DNA of 64,000 nucleotides from a virus (Duplodnaviria; Heunggongvirae; Uroviricota; Caudoviricetes), in IMG/VR virus record IMGVR_UViG_3300036945_000242, positions 1-64,000 of that record; one strand, 5' to 3'. Positions 63,931-64,000 of this stretch are shown piece by piece (position 1 is the stretch's first letter; every line of letters begins with the position of its first letter). The notes under the pieces are model-generated. The model ran no database searches. It was not told where the DNA came from and saw only the letters and a program-made list of their open reading frames with translations. Position numbers and translations under genes: made by a program.

Positions 63931-64000
63931 AATAGACGTAGAGGCTAAATCGTAAAGGTCGTTTAACCGTAATTGATATTGAACGTCAAAAAGGTTTTTA

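Overview
The window is a contiguous segment of an AT-rich T4-like (Straboviridae-type) myovirus genome. Every credible gene is on the minus strand; the plus-strand ORFs in the track are antisense shadows. From low to high coordinate it contains: (i) a cluster of 10 hand-folded tRNAs (1-2340) interrupted by a GIY-YIG and an HNH homing endonuclease. (ii) An early/replication block with RNase H, a DsbA-like protein, an SPFH lipoprotein, an EndoII-like nuclease, a ribonucleotide reductase that is probably class II (B12-dependent), ThyX, primase gp61, a Dps-like ferritin, an NMNAT-like nucleotidyltransferase, a His-rich RNA-ligase-like protein, helicase gp41, gp40-like, UvsX, thioredoxin, DNA polymerase gp43, DexA, an Hsp20, RegA, gp62/gp44 clamp loader, gp45 clamp, CobS/CobT (MoxR AAA+ with vWA), gp46/gp47, an extra AAA+ ATPase, late sigma gp55, UvsW and UvsY. 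(iii) A late structural block with gp23 capsid, gp22 scaffold, gp21 protease, gp20 portal, gp19 tube, gp18 sheath carrying an Ig-like repeat insertion, gp17 large terminase, gp15 and gp14. Intergenic regions carry a family of early sigma70-type promoter cassettes (minus-strand TTTACT-N17-TATAAT, seen on plus as ttgtaagtaaag), several hairpin terminators, and two ~220-bp near-identical cassettes with back-to-back promoters. The most interesting candidate for an undescribed system is a tightly coupled six-gene operon directly downstream of helicase gp41 (22923-28008): a 2OG-Fe(II) dioxygenase with a Cys-rich N-terminus, a stand-alone class-II glutamine amidotransferase, a GCS2-type amidoligase, a GNAT acetyltransferase, a W-rich helical protein and a P-loop kinase. 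I interpret it as a probable DNA base hypermodification pathway sitting where T4 keeps its own DNA-modification genes. All functional calls rest on motif recognition and remembered T4 protein sequences; no database search was possible.
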